Below are positions 44,201 to 56,100 of a DNA stretch of 64,000 nt, one piece after another. Position 1 is the stretch's first letter; every line of letters begins with the position of its first letter. The stretch covers positions 10,974,001 to 11,038,000 of the forward strand of contig NC_047081.1 of assembly GCF_902459465.1 (NCBI RefSeq), given 5' to 3'. Under the pieces are notes generated by a model. The model was not told the origin of the DNA. It saw only the letters and a list, made by a program, of their open reading frames with translations, and made no database searches. Position numbers and translations under genes: made by a program. The stretch is from Asterias rubens. Lineage: Eukaryota.

Positions 44201-45898
44201 AACTTTTTGATTTTTTTTTTTCGATTTGTATCGGATTGGTGCTTTTGCCAAAATTGACTTCATGCTGACTTTCTTCATGGAACATCCCTCCACTTCCCAT
44301 GCAAAGGCCTCCAACTTGAAAGCCTGGGGGGTGCAAATTACAAACACTCAGTTTTGTATCGCATTGTCTTCATTACCTTACATTTTTTTAAATGTGACAC
44401 TCCATATCCAGCTCCAGCTACCATGGAGAAGTCATGCGCGATAGGTGTTCCTTTGACTTCAGTGACGAGGGCGCTGTTTACAGCTTGTGAGGTCATTTTA
44501 ATGCAATCGATGCCTTTCAAAGAAACACTACCGGGACTCTTTTTCTAAAGCTTTCTATACAAAGAAGTACCGAGACTATCTTGACACTGCCAGCAAATGT
44601 CTTTGAATACTAGCTGTACTTATGACCCTGTATATAAGAAAATATCTTTTAAAAAATAAAGAAAAAATGTGACAAAAAGGAGTCCATACAACAGCAGTAA
44701 TGTGAATTTAGCGTGAACTGCCTATTTTATTTCACAAACTCTAAAAGTGAAATGACACTTGACATGTTACAACTTCTTCTTAAAATAAAACATTTACATG
44801 CGTTATTTGAATGCAATCTTGTACCCCGAATGTTTTTTCTGAAAATGGTTATTATTGGTGAAGAGTGAAAACCTGGGCCAGAGCCGCTCAACTGAAAATT
44901 TGCTCAATAGTTATTCTCAGATTCATCAAAATTATGTCAGGTTTTTGTGTTTAAACCTAATTCACAAGCCCTCTTTTGGCGACACTATATTTGTTTACCT
45001 ATAGCCTTTCACCTGTTATTAGTTAAAACATCTTCTGGATAAAAATATCTATCTTAAGCAATGTGCTTAAAAATAATGATGTTACATTAGATAGACTTTT
45101 GAACATTGCTTTTAATTACATACTAAAATTAAAACAGTCTAGTGAACATCTTCATACACCAAATTTATTGAATAATATTTTGTTTTTAAAATAATAGTCG
45201 GACATGTAAACAAAGCAACACCGTGCATACTTGATACATCGTCTTCACGAGATGATCTAACGCCATCTTGGTCATATCTCCTGACCCATTCCCAAAGGAC
45301 ATTTACTCAAAGCATAACAGGGACCAGACTATTGTCAATGGTTAAGTAAAAAATCCAGGGCCCAATTTCACAATGCGTGTAAGCACAAATATAGGCCTAT
45401 ACTCTAGCAAAGAAAGGTGTTGTTTAACAGAAACAGGTTGCCAGCCAAAATTACATTAAGTTAACATTGTTGTGACTGGTTCCCCACTCGATAAGTCTGT
45501 TTGTTTAGATGATCTTCCCATCAAGGGAACTCGACAAACTCCCACAAGGGGATATAAACACCAAGCTGGCAACAACCAATCTCACTCATACAAACATTGG
45601 TTTAACGTCTATGATTATGAATTGCACAAATCAAGAAATTGTGATTCAGTATCTAGATGACAATATTTATTCTATTGTTTGTGCTGAGCAAAGATATTTT
45701 CCTGCAGTATTTATGCTAAACAGCTTTATGAGATAGGGCCCTAGTCCTTTTTCCAAACCTCGGCTTGGACTCTGTCACCAAGTTTGGAGCAGTGTACATT
45801 TTGTACGATTTTCAAACACCAAATAGAGTCCCTGAGACAGAGTCTAAGTCAAGGTTTGGAGAAAGGCCCCATTCCTGGGTGAAATCATTGACCTTTAA

Positions 45899-46285
45899 AG
45901 GCAGTGGACACTATTGGTAATTGCTCAAAATAATTATTGGCATAAAACCTTTCTTGGTGACGAGTAATGGGGAGAGGTTGATGGTAAAAACACTGTGAGA
46001 AACAGCTCCCTCTGAAGTGCCTTAAAACTGATAGTTTTCGAGATAGATGTAATTTTCCACGAATTTGATTTTGAGACCTCAGGTTTAGAACTTGAGGTCT
46101 CGGAATCAACCATCTAAACGCACGCAACTTCGTGTGACAAGGGTGTTTTTTTCTTTCATTGTTATTTTGCAACTTCGATGACCGATTGAGCTCAAATTTT
46201 CACAGGTTTGTTATTTTATGTATATGTTGAGATACACCAAATGTGAAGGCTAGTCTTTGACAATTACCAATAGTGTCCACTGCCT
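45899..46285 (+). mobile_element. Kolobok/T2-type MITE (family A), best-preserved copy
   Basis: TTAA on both sides and a perfect 25-bp TIR AGGCAGTGGACACTATTGGTAATTG. Confidence 0.92.
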
Positions 46286-48384
46286 TTAAGTAATCAATAC
46301 AAGAATCAGATTTCAGAGTGTAAATCTTATTCCCAAATTAAATATGTACAGCAACAATTTTGGCATTTTAAATCCACTTTATGTGAAGGCTGGGTATCAA
46401 ATTCAATGAAAAACTAAAAAATATTTCAAAAATGCAAAAGGGGGAAATCTGCTCAGAACTTTTTTTCGTCAGATACAATTTTTAAATAACAGCAACAACA
46501 ACAACCCCTTGTGACACTGCCTCCTCCTGCATTCTTACTGCTTGACCTACATTTCATAGAGCTGCTACTTTTCAAGCCGAAATTTAACTTAACAATTTCC
46601 TGCTTAGCCAAACTAAGCAGGAAACCAGTGAAGAACAGTTTGAGTAATAAAGTATTTTCACTGGTAACCTTGTCCTGGTAAGCCGTCGTTTTGTGGTAAG
46701 CTACTTTTTAGCTTAATTTTCAGATGTACGTGTATTGCATTAGATAGGTGGGAGGTTGGGGGTATGTTCAGTACTGACAGCTAATCACCTAGTCTTGGTA
46801 CAAGGTGCTCCTTGTTTAACTTTCACGCACAGCGCAACCAACTCACCAATAGTGCCCGCTACCACCCAGCAAGAAATGGTCCAAGATGTTTCTCTTGGTG
46901 GTATCTCTACTAATGGTTCGAGTGCTATACCATAGGTTTGTGGCGGACGCTACTGTGTGAGTTGAATGAGCGGATGCGTGCAAGGTAAACGAGAAACGTC
47001 TTGCAGCAAGACTTTAAATCACCAAGATCTCTTAACAATCAATTGTTACAATTGCACACTATTCTGCAGCATTTATCATGTCTTCCCTCACTGCAGAATT
47101 GCTCCACACTTTGATGCACATTAATTCTGTTAGTAAGTTAAATAGTATCCTTTAACAATTTTGGTTTTACCCATAAATATCCTTTTAATGCCCGATTTAT
47201 TTTAAGAAAAGATTTGGTCAATGAGAAAGAAATGAGCTGAATAAGTACAATGCCCAGGAGGTGCAGTGCATACTTCTGCTTTACTTTTTTTTTTTTCCCG
47301 ATCATCTCATCGGGGCTGGTCTAAGTGCAAGACCTTGTTATTCACTATCACTCAACTATATCATGATCCTGATCCACTTTTCCTCACCGCACACATTACT
47401 ATAGAACGATAGCAGGCAAACTTCAAGATCACCACACTCAAAACATTCTTGCTGGCTGGATTGCAGCTTACAGAAACACCCTCTAACGGTGGAATACTTG
47501 CACAAGTTTAGCGTTGAGTGTACAGGGGCTATGGTATTGCCATAGAGGTTTTATTAACTCAACATGAACGTCTTGCACCAAGACTACATAAGGACATGTT
47601 ATTTGCTTCAACTCTGAAAGGCAAGGTGATATGAATTGCGTCTCATTGGATTTACTCACTAATAACAGTAGTAATCATACTTAAGCTATGGTAAACCGTT
47701 GTACAGTTTAAATCTAAGCGCAGACTCAACACTGTCTATCTAGTTTGGTTCCCTAAATAATCAAGGTAATACCAGTGCCAAAACCTTGATACAGAAAAAG
47801 GGGCCAGCCTCTCTTTCTACAAGTCTAGCATTGGTCCCCAAAAAGAACATCCATAATATATATTAATTGACATTTTGTTTCCTGAAACCTGACCTACTTA
47901 TGGATTTAGAGTGATGAACAATGCCTATTAAGCCAGGGGTAAATTTCACAAGGATAGTCATAACTAAGAACTAGTATTAAACATATTTAGGGTCTTAACT
48001 CGTTGTGACATCCACCTCTGGTCTATTAGATTACAGTATCTTTCAGTGCGTCTGTAAGAGGACAAATAGTAATAATAATCATTTATAACCAGATTTGTAT
48101 AGCGCCATTCCAACAAGATCACGGCGCTCAATATAGTGAGTCGTCATGAATAATTAAATTACTAGGCCCTACTGGAACCTGATGGCACCATCAAATGCTG
48201 AAAACTGATGTGGCTACAAACTAAACTTTAGCCTCAAAGCTTACTTCCATGATGGAGACCTGAGCCCAACTTCATTACTCTGCTAACCGTAAGCAAAGAA
48301 TCAACGCTTATGTCCTTGCTTTTCAGAAAGTGTTATTCACGGGTTAGCAGGAAAGTTTTATATAGGATTTGAGGCATTGCATGG

Positions 48385-48692
48385 TGAGTTATCAATGTAT
48401 ATTTGGTTTGCGGTAACACCACGTGTGTATCTACTTGCCAGGTAGAGTTGTTCTTAGGGAACTGTCTTGCTTTATTCTACTGCCGTGGAGTAGATAATCG
48501 GAGGTTTGGGAGACTTCTCAGTTCTGAAAAGAACTGTCTTGCTTTTAACTATTACCAGGGCGGATGGTATAGAAATTAGACTGGACTACTACTTTAGCTT
48601 ATAGGATCGTAATTAACTGTACTGCCGCGGAGTCAGTTCTGAAATTGGTCTCAACGTTTTCGACTAGCTTGCTCTAGTCATCGTCAGGAAAG
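48385..48692 (-). repeat. Penelope-type repeat with a hammerhead motif at its 5' end (48649-48691)
   Basis: Minus strand reads ctttc CTGACGA t GACTAG agcaag CTAGTC GAAAA CGTT gagacc. The body matches 20601-20835. A core-deleted copy lies at 52845-52917. Confidence 0.65.
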
Positions 48693-50195
48693 TTTTACTT
48701 GTTAATGTGGGCATGCCTACTCCGCGTTACTCTGCATTCTTCGTTACACAGCTAACGCAGAAACTCCCCACTTACTCAGTAAGTACAGAATGATGATTGT
48801 AAGGGCGAGGCAGTGTTTCCTCAAAAGGAAATCTGCGAGGGAAGTTTCTGTTTCTAATGGAACATTTGAAGGAACGTTAAGACGATGACTAAGAAGTTCA
48901 CTTCGCGCTAATGTGCAGCATAATCTAGGCTTAAACCTCTGTAATACAACAACTGTCTGATATAATGACGGAACTATTGCACACTCATAAAACCAATATT
49001 CAATAATAATAATAATAATAATAGTAGTAATACAGATAATATTTTATCAAGTGGTCACCTAAAATACATAAATAGTTTTAACATAAATGTACTTACATCC
49101 AAATGAATTTTTAAAAAGGGATCACTTTTAATGTTAAATTATTCTAAAATGATAATGCTATCATAATAAGTGGTAATTAATTTTGACTAAGGCTCGTGTG
49201 GCAAACATCACCGATAGTGTTTTTATTAGCCGCATTTAAAGACACACCATTTAGCTACAAAACACAAACAACTGATTATGAGGAGCGCTAAAAGGTCCCC
49301 CGAGGTTTAATTGATGAAACACGGATCAAACCGCAATTCTAGGATGTGTAAAAAATCCATTAATAGATCTTGAATGAATGAAAATGAACTTTAATCAAAA
49401 ACATTTTGAGAGCATGTTTAACATTACATGTAGCTACCTTATTTTAAAAACTTTATTAGCTTTTTCCAAAAATATTACATAATTTAATTTTTGGTCAAGG
49501 TTTTTTTTTCATATTAACCTAAGTGAAAGGCGACACAGTTCCAGTTCTTCATTTAACAGTTCTTTAAACATTTGTGTTGAAACACTGCAACAAACTCGAA
49601 TGAACATTTCTGTTTTCGCACTACACATGCTTGCGCTTGGAACTTCTGGGTTATAAATATCTTCCCTTCCTAACTCAGCACCACTATATACATATATTAG
49701 TCATGATTACAAGACTTTCAATTCATTTCATTCGATTGGAGCCCCCCTACCTGTAAACCAATGAATGAGGCCCTCTATGCGTTGACCCAAATGTTGTGCA
49801 GAATGGCAACAGAGGGCAGTACAACAGCAGTTATGTATATCAAGCAAGGTGAGTGAGTCTACGTTTAAACCAACAAGTTAGTCTACGTCGTGTATCTCTA
49901 ACATAGCTTTCACAAACGCTTTACTCTTATCAGGGAAAATCTAGGAACAGGTTGGTGACATCTAAGATAGATTTTTAACATTGTATCTTTTAAGACTACT
50001 TCGCCTACCTACAGACTGGTGGACAAAGTATCAGGTATTACATTATTTAGCACAAGCAAGTGTTTAAGGGTGATAGTAAGTACATGGCATTCCTCACCCT
50101 GTATGTTAACGTACTGCGAATGAACAAGATCTGGTACCTGTACTTCTTGCTGACTCAATACCTTGATCTCTGCATTGATGTGTGGGTTTTGGCAC

Positions 50196-53100
50196 TCACA
50201 TGTCGGGTAGCAGGCCAGTCTTATTGAGATGATCTGTGAGCTGTTTATACACTAACAATTGGTCCTCCGCCTCCAGTTGGAAAATTTGCTGCACCAGTTT
50301 CTGGTAATGGGAAGATCTGGAGCCAAAAGTGAAATTATGTTAACCCTACATTTTGTTTTTTGTTACCCATATACACTGATGTGTGTTAGCACTGTATACT
50401 CAGTACCTTTGCAATTCTAGAGCAGTGTCAAACCAACTACACCACCGAGATTGCCCAGTGGCTAGAGGCAGTGAGAACACTATGTTAACCCTCTCGCTAC
50501 CAAACTGTTTAAATTTTTAAAACAACCACTGGTTACTGCACTGTCTGACTGGTCATGCGTGAGGCAAGTTATCTTACACAACAGCAGACATGTGGTCAGA
50601 GGACAACTCTATTTCCACCTGACAAAGACCCTAGGCTCTCTTGTAACCACTTGATTGTTTTAATCCTATATAAATATTAGATACACGTTCCACTGGTATT
50701 AAGCTGTGTTGTTACCAACCAGTGACCTCTGACACTCCAAATGGTATGGCGTGCCAAGAGGTAAACAGAATTAAAAGGCACACAAATGTTCATGTCACCA
50801 CAAAACTAACCTGTAACAATTTCATTTCAAAAGTGGGCGCGTTTTATTTTTTAGATATTCCTGAATAAACCAGCGATTATGTCCTTGCAGAAATAGCTTA
50901 CTTTTATTGTATGTTTCTTTATAATGTTGCCTATAATATATCAGCATTTTGTTGACAAAAACCAACCTTTGACCCTACTTTGAAAGACAGAAACATTGAC
51001 TTACTTGAGGAAGGTGTGTAGGTACACATACAAGAAGGATGCCATGAGAAATTGACAGTCAAAACGGTCCATGATTCCTCCATGCCCTGGGATCACATCA
51101 CCAAAGTCCTTCAAATATACAACCAAAATAAGGCACTTGTTTATCACCTTTTCCAACAAAGCAGAACTTTCTGCAGATTCAGGGAGATTAAGCCGCTCTG
51201 TACTATACACAAAGCATTAAGCAAGCAAAACTTTCAAATTCAATTCAATTCAAAATTGGTTTATTTTTATATAAAAATACAACACCAAATAAAAAGTCAC
51301 AGACTAATGGCATTTGATTAACAACAAAATTACATCAAAAATATATGTACAAGAATACTATGTTAAATACAATATTAAAAATATTACTTGAGTTAAACAG
51401 ACACACAGGAATTGAGAAAACATCATTAAAAAGGGTGGGGAAAATATTTGTGGACACAAAATTAAAAAGAAACAAAGGCGAACTTGTAAGTGGGTCAAAT
51501 CCTCTGGCAGGCAACCAACAGGTTCTGAAGGTCCAAATCTGGCATGATTCACCTGCCTCGGAAGTCTCTGATCTCCCAGGTACACAACCCTACTGGGGAG
51601 GCCCCGGAAGTTATTTCACCCCACACACAGTAACCAAAGCGAACGATCACATTGTCCCTACCTAGGTCCCTATTCAACTGGGTTTTGGTGGAACATTTCA
51701 ACAATACCCAAGGGTTTTACCGCTTCCCGCTACTTCAGAGCAGGGTTGACTATTCCATGGGGTATGCCCATTTCCTACGGTAGCTCAGGGGTATAGCAAT
51801 CTAAGTGTGAAAGAGCTGGCCGCTGGGGAATAGAGTTGTGTGAATAGGGCTAGAGAACAATGTCAGATGTTTTGACTTTGTCTGGTAACCTACCTTGATC
51901 TTGAAGGCTCTCTTGAATCCGCTTGCAAAGAATCCTCCGAAAGGACTGACCAGTGACGCAAAGAGGCCAATCATAGCAGCATGTAAGTAAGCCGGCAGGG
52001 TGGTAAACGTCTCCCAGTGGATGCCAATCTGAAATATATAGAGATTCAATGAAAGTGAGAGAGTAAGGGAGAACGGAATTTTGGAAACCTCTTCGGGGGC
52101 CAACTTCACAAAGGGCCAAGATTGATCTTAACTGCAAATAAAGTCGGATGTCACTATACAAATCTCTAAAGGAATACTTGCGATGAATTTTATTGCATAG
52201 TGAAATCGGCCCCTGGGTTTGTTAAACATAAGAACTGCATATTATTGTTATTATGTAGAAATGCAAGGAAGTAAGCAAACAAACGAACAACAACAAAATC
52301 AACAAGTTTAGAAGTTAAGCCTTACCTGGCCTAGAGCTGCCTGAACAACCATGGGTACGTTGAACTCTCTTGGTTGGTACGTACTAGAAGGTTCACATTC
52401 CATCACAAACACACCTCGTTCCTCGTTAAACTGCAAAAAAAAAAATCATCATCAACCCCCCTCAATTGTTGTTTGTTTATTATTAGTTATTTAGTTTTGT
52501 TGTTGTTGGCATTAGTATTACCAATCAGTGTTAGGTCGTTTCACTTTAAATATTATTCTACAACTTAAGCGTCATTAATTAGTGTTTTGCTAAGCAAAAA
52601 TGAGCAGAAAACCAGTCACAAACAGTACACGTTAATTGTATTGTGGCTGATAACCTTTTTCTACAAAGCATAATTTTTTTGACTTTAGCTACTTTTTGTC
52701 TTATAGCAACTCTATGCATCTGGGCCCGTTAAGACAAGTGCTTTAAGATGGCGGTAGGCAAAGCGCTACATACAATCTGTGTTTTATTATTGGTAAATTT
52801 TAACTAAGAGGGATTTGCTGTAAAACAAAGTGAAAACCTCTTTTGAGTAGCGTTAATTCTGAAAAGAACCGGTGGTTCACGCCTCAACGTTTCGATCAAT
52901 ATGTTTTGATCGGGAGACCGCAAACCTCTTTTAGTTATACTTCAACTAGCAAAGTTTCAAATGCTACAGATTAATTGTACTCACCTCAGGTGGACAAATG
53001 AAGAATTCATATCTCTTCAAGAGACTGGCAAGCTGAGGAAACAGAGAGAAACAACAATTAATATTTTCTAATGCTTCTATTTTCTGTATTCCTTTAACTC

Positions 53101-56100
53101 CAAATTGGTAAGACACTGCTCTAGAATGGGAGACTTTCTGGGACGATAGAGGGCAGCAGACTTACCGGGTAAATCCATTGTTCTCAGAATTATGCGCATG
53201 TTCAGAACTACGTAAACAATGGAAATTTACCCGGTATGTCTGCTGCCACCTAGCGTTGGAAAGTCTCCTATTGCAAAGCTCATGGGTTCGAATTACATGA
53301 TACACCTGTGATTTTGTTCACAAAGCTTGGGTAAGTACCGAGTATACAGTGCTAACACACATCGGTGTATATGGGTAAAACTAAAAAATAATATTAATTC
53401 GACAAACTTACAAATACAATGAAGATGACAGTGGAGAAGCAAGCTCCGATGAACCCTTCCCAGGTTTTCTTGGGAGAAAGTTTGATCAGAGACGTCCGGC
53501 CAAAGAAGAATCCTGTTCGGAAGAACAAAACAAAAAAATCAATCAATCAAAAAAAGTTTGCTCTAAGACGCTACATAGTTGAATAGTAAGTAAGCCTGCT
53601 AGAACAGGTGAGATTTTAGGAGTGTCTTGAAAGATGTAAGTAAGCTGCCATTTTTTAATTTGTACAGAAAGCTTATTCCACATTTTAGGGATATATACGG
53701 AGGATGATTTCTCTGAAAAGTTGAATGGCAAGTTCTTGGCACAACAAAAAAGGGAGCAAGAGGAAGACGAACAAAGATGTCTTTGTTAAGATCTCAATTT
53801 GAGCATGTCCGTGATATATCAAGGAGCTTGTTTATGGTCAAGGAATTGTTGTTGCTAAATAAATTCTGCAACTGGAAATTAAATTTTAAATATTTCTTGG
53901 ATTTGAAAGTATTGTCTTGGTTGTAACACTTATGCCCTTGAGCAAGATACTGAACTAGAGCGACCTTCGGAGTGGGGGTTTGGGAAAGAAAAAAGGGTAA
54001 TGAATTCTGAAATTTTATTTTGAGGTGGGTATTAAACTCTTTCTCAGATGGAAATTTGTATCGGGGATAAAGAATATTAATTTGTTTTTTTTACCCCTTT
54101 ACACCGATGTGTGTTTGCACTCTTTACTCGATGGTTACCCGGGCAACCTCGGTGGTCTGGTTGGTATGACACTGCTCTAGAAACGCAAAGGTCGTGGGTT
54201 CAAATTCCACCCGAGTAATATGCCTGTGATTTTTTTTCACAGAGCTTGGGTACCGCTGAGTATACAGTGCTAATACACATCTTTGTGTTTGGGTAAAAAC
54301 AATTTTTTTAAAATCCTTCTTACCAAACATGTACGCCATGATGTCGTTACAGATGACCGCAGTCGTGGAGAGCAAGAACCAAATCAAACCCTCAAACATG
54401 CTCTGCACGATCAGGTTAGACTGTGTGACCACAATCAGCAGAGCTATGTGCGTCCAGCCAAACTACCGACAAGGAAATCAAAGAGATTTAAGTTGGGAAG
54501 GGTTAACAAAATTGAGGGAAAAAAAGAGAAAAAAAAAAAGTTATTTTTGTTGCTAGTTTGCTTCAGTCTCGTTGCACATTAAATGCTGAGCAGGACTATA
54601 TATTTCTGTATTCCTATTGCGCTTGAGGGATCACTAACACAATGCAAACCCTTCATGACTTACCAGCGTGAATTGCACAAGGTATTGTGACTTCCTAAGG
54701 GACAGTACAAACAGCATGAAACCTGGAAAACAAAAGCAAATATCACAATTAAAAACACACTTATACTTTACAAACAATAATCCACAATAAATTGTTTGTA
54801 TAGGTATGAGGTTCAAGGGGAATGTTACAACCCTAACATCTAAAGGGCATTTCCGTTTCGGATATTTGTTTTCTTTCTACTGGGGCATTCCAAGGGAGAG
54901 AAGGAACAGGAGTGTGTTCAACTCGCTGGCTATCGTTACTAAGAGTTAATAATAAATAAGACTTATAAAGAGCATTTTACGAAGATACAATGGGCTGGTA
55001 TAAAGAAAGCTACGAAAAAGTAGATGCGCTTTTAATTTACTCTTGAATGTCTGGAATGAGTTGGGTACGGTGATCTATAACAATTAAAAAACATTTCACA
55101 TACCAAACATGTACAGCCAGAAGGCAATGAAGCGATAGTAGTCAATGAATGGCTGCAAAAACTCCTGTAAAATGAAAAACAGAAATAAAGTTCAGTTTGC
55201 TAAGTCATTGTGTCACACTTGCAATAAATGTGAATGGCACATAAAAGAAACCGTCTTTCCTCAAAGCAACACTAGCTCAATACATTTCTAATGTGATCCT
55301 AGATAACTATTGGAGCAAGTTTGTAAGAAGGGAGTGTGGTTTACTGTGGGATTCTATCACACTTTGGCCACAAAACTATGCTTCCGTCATGCATTATCGC
55401 AAATAATTCCATGTATCATTGCGAACTGCATCAGAGTTGGCTCATAAATTGTTCAGTGACTGGCAAACAGGACCAGTTAGCTTGTCATTTCACTTAGTCC
55501 TTCTTTCCTTTTTTTTTTTTTACTGTCATTTGGCCAGTTAACCACTGTTACGGGACAACACTGCAGCATTATTCTTTATGTGAATTACTTGGTGTGTATT
55601 TTCATCCTAAAACGCATTGCGCATACATGTACGCATTATGCACCAAATAATGATAACAGTGGCTTCTTATGATGGACACATGGTTTTCTGGCTACAAAGA
55701 GAATACGGGGGTAAGCAATTTGTTCCTTGCACCTGCCTGATTTTTTGCACCCGTAGATTTAACCACGGTATGGTGGAGGACGGATTGAGGTGGAGGATGG
55801 AGTGGGTTGGAGGAGAAATTATTCAAAGGGATTTAAAGTTGGATAAAAACACCCACCAGATCCCTATGGAGAACAATCCCGAAGTAGTCCTTCATGCTCT
55901 GGCCATACACAAAGTAATTGGCCGAGAGGAGAAAGTACCAGCTGAGGGTGCGGAACCAGGGAAGATCCTGCGAGCGATAGACGGCATGCCCGATGGTGAT
56001 GATCTCATGAAAGCACATCATCTCTATTAAGAGCACCTGTGTCCCGCAGCAAGAAGTAAAACAAAAACAATCGATAAGAACAATCAGTATCACTCCATCT

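Noticed and set aside
46780-47130. Possible decayed reverse-transcriptase fragment
   Set aside because: Only a vague PQG.ILGP-like resemblance that needs several frameshifts. Not supportable without a translated search.
54140-54215. Possible tRNA gene (also at 15530-15590 and 61461-61540)
   Set aside because: A/B boxes are present, but I could not fold a proper cloverleaf, and the sequences continue into shared repeat bodies. They are SINE heads.
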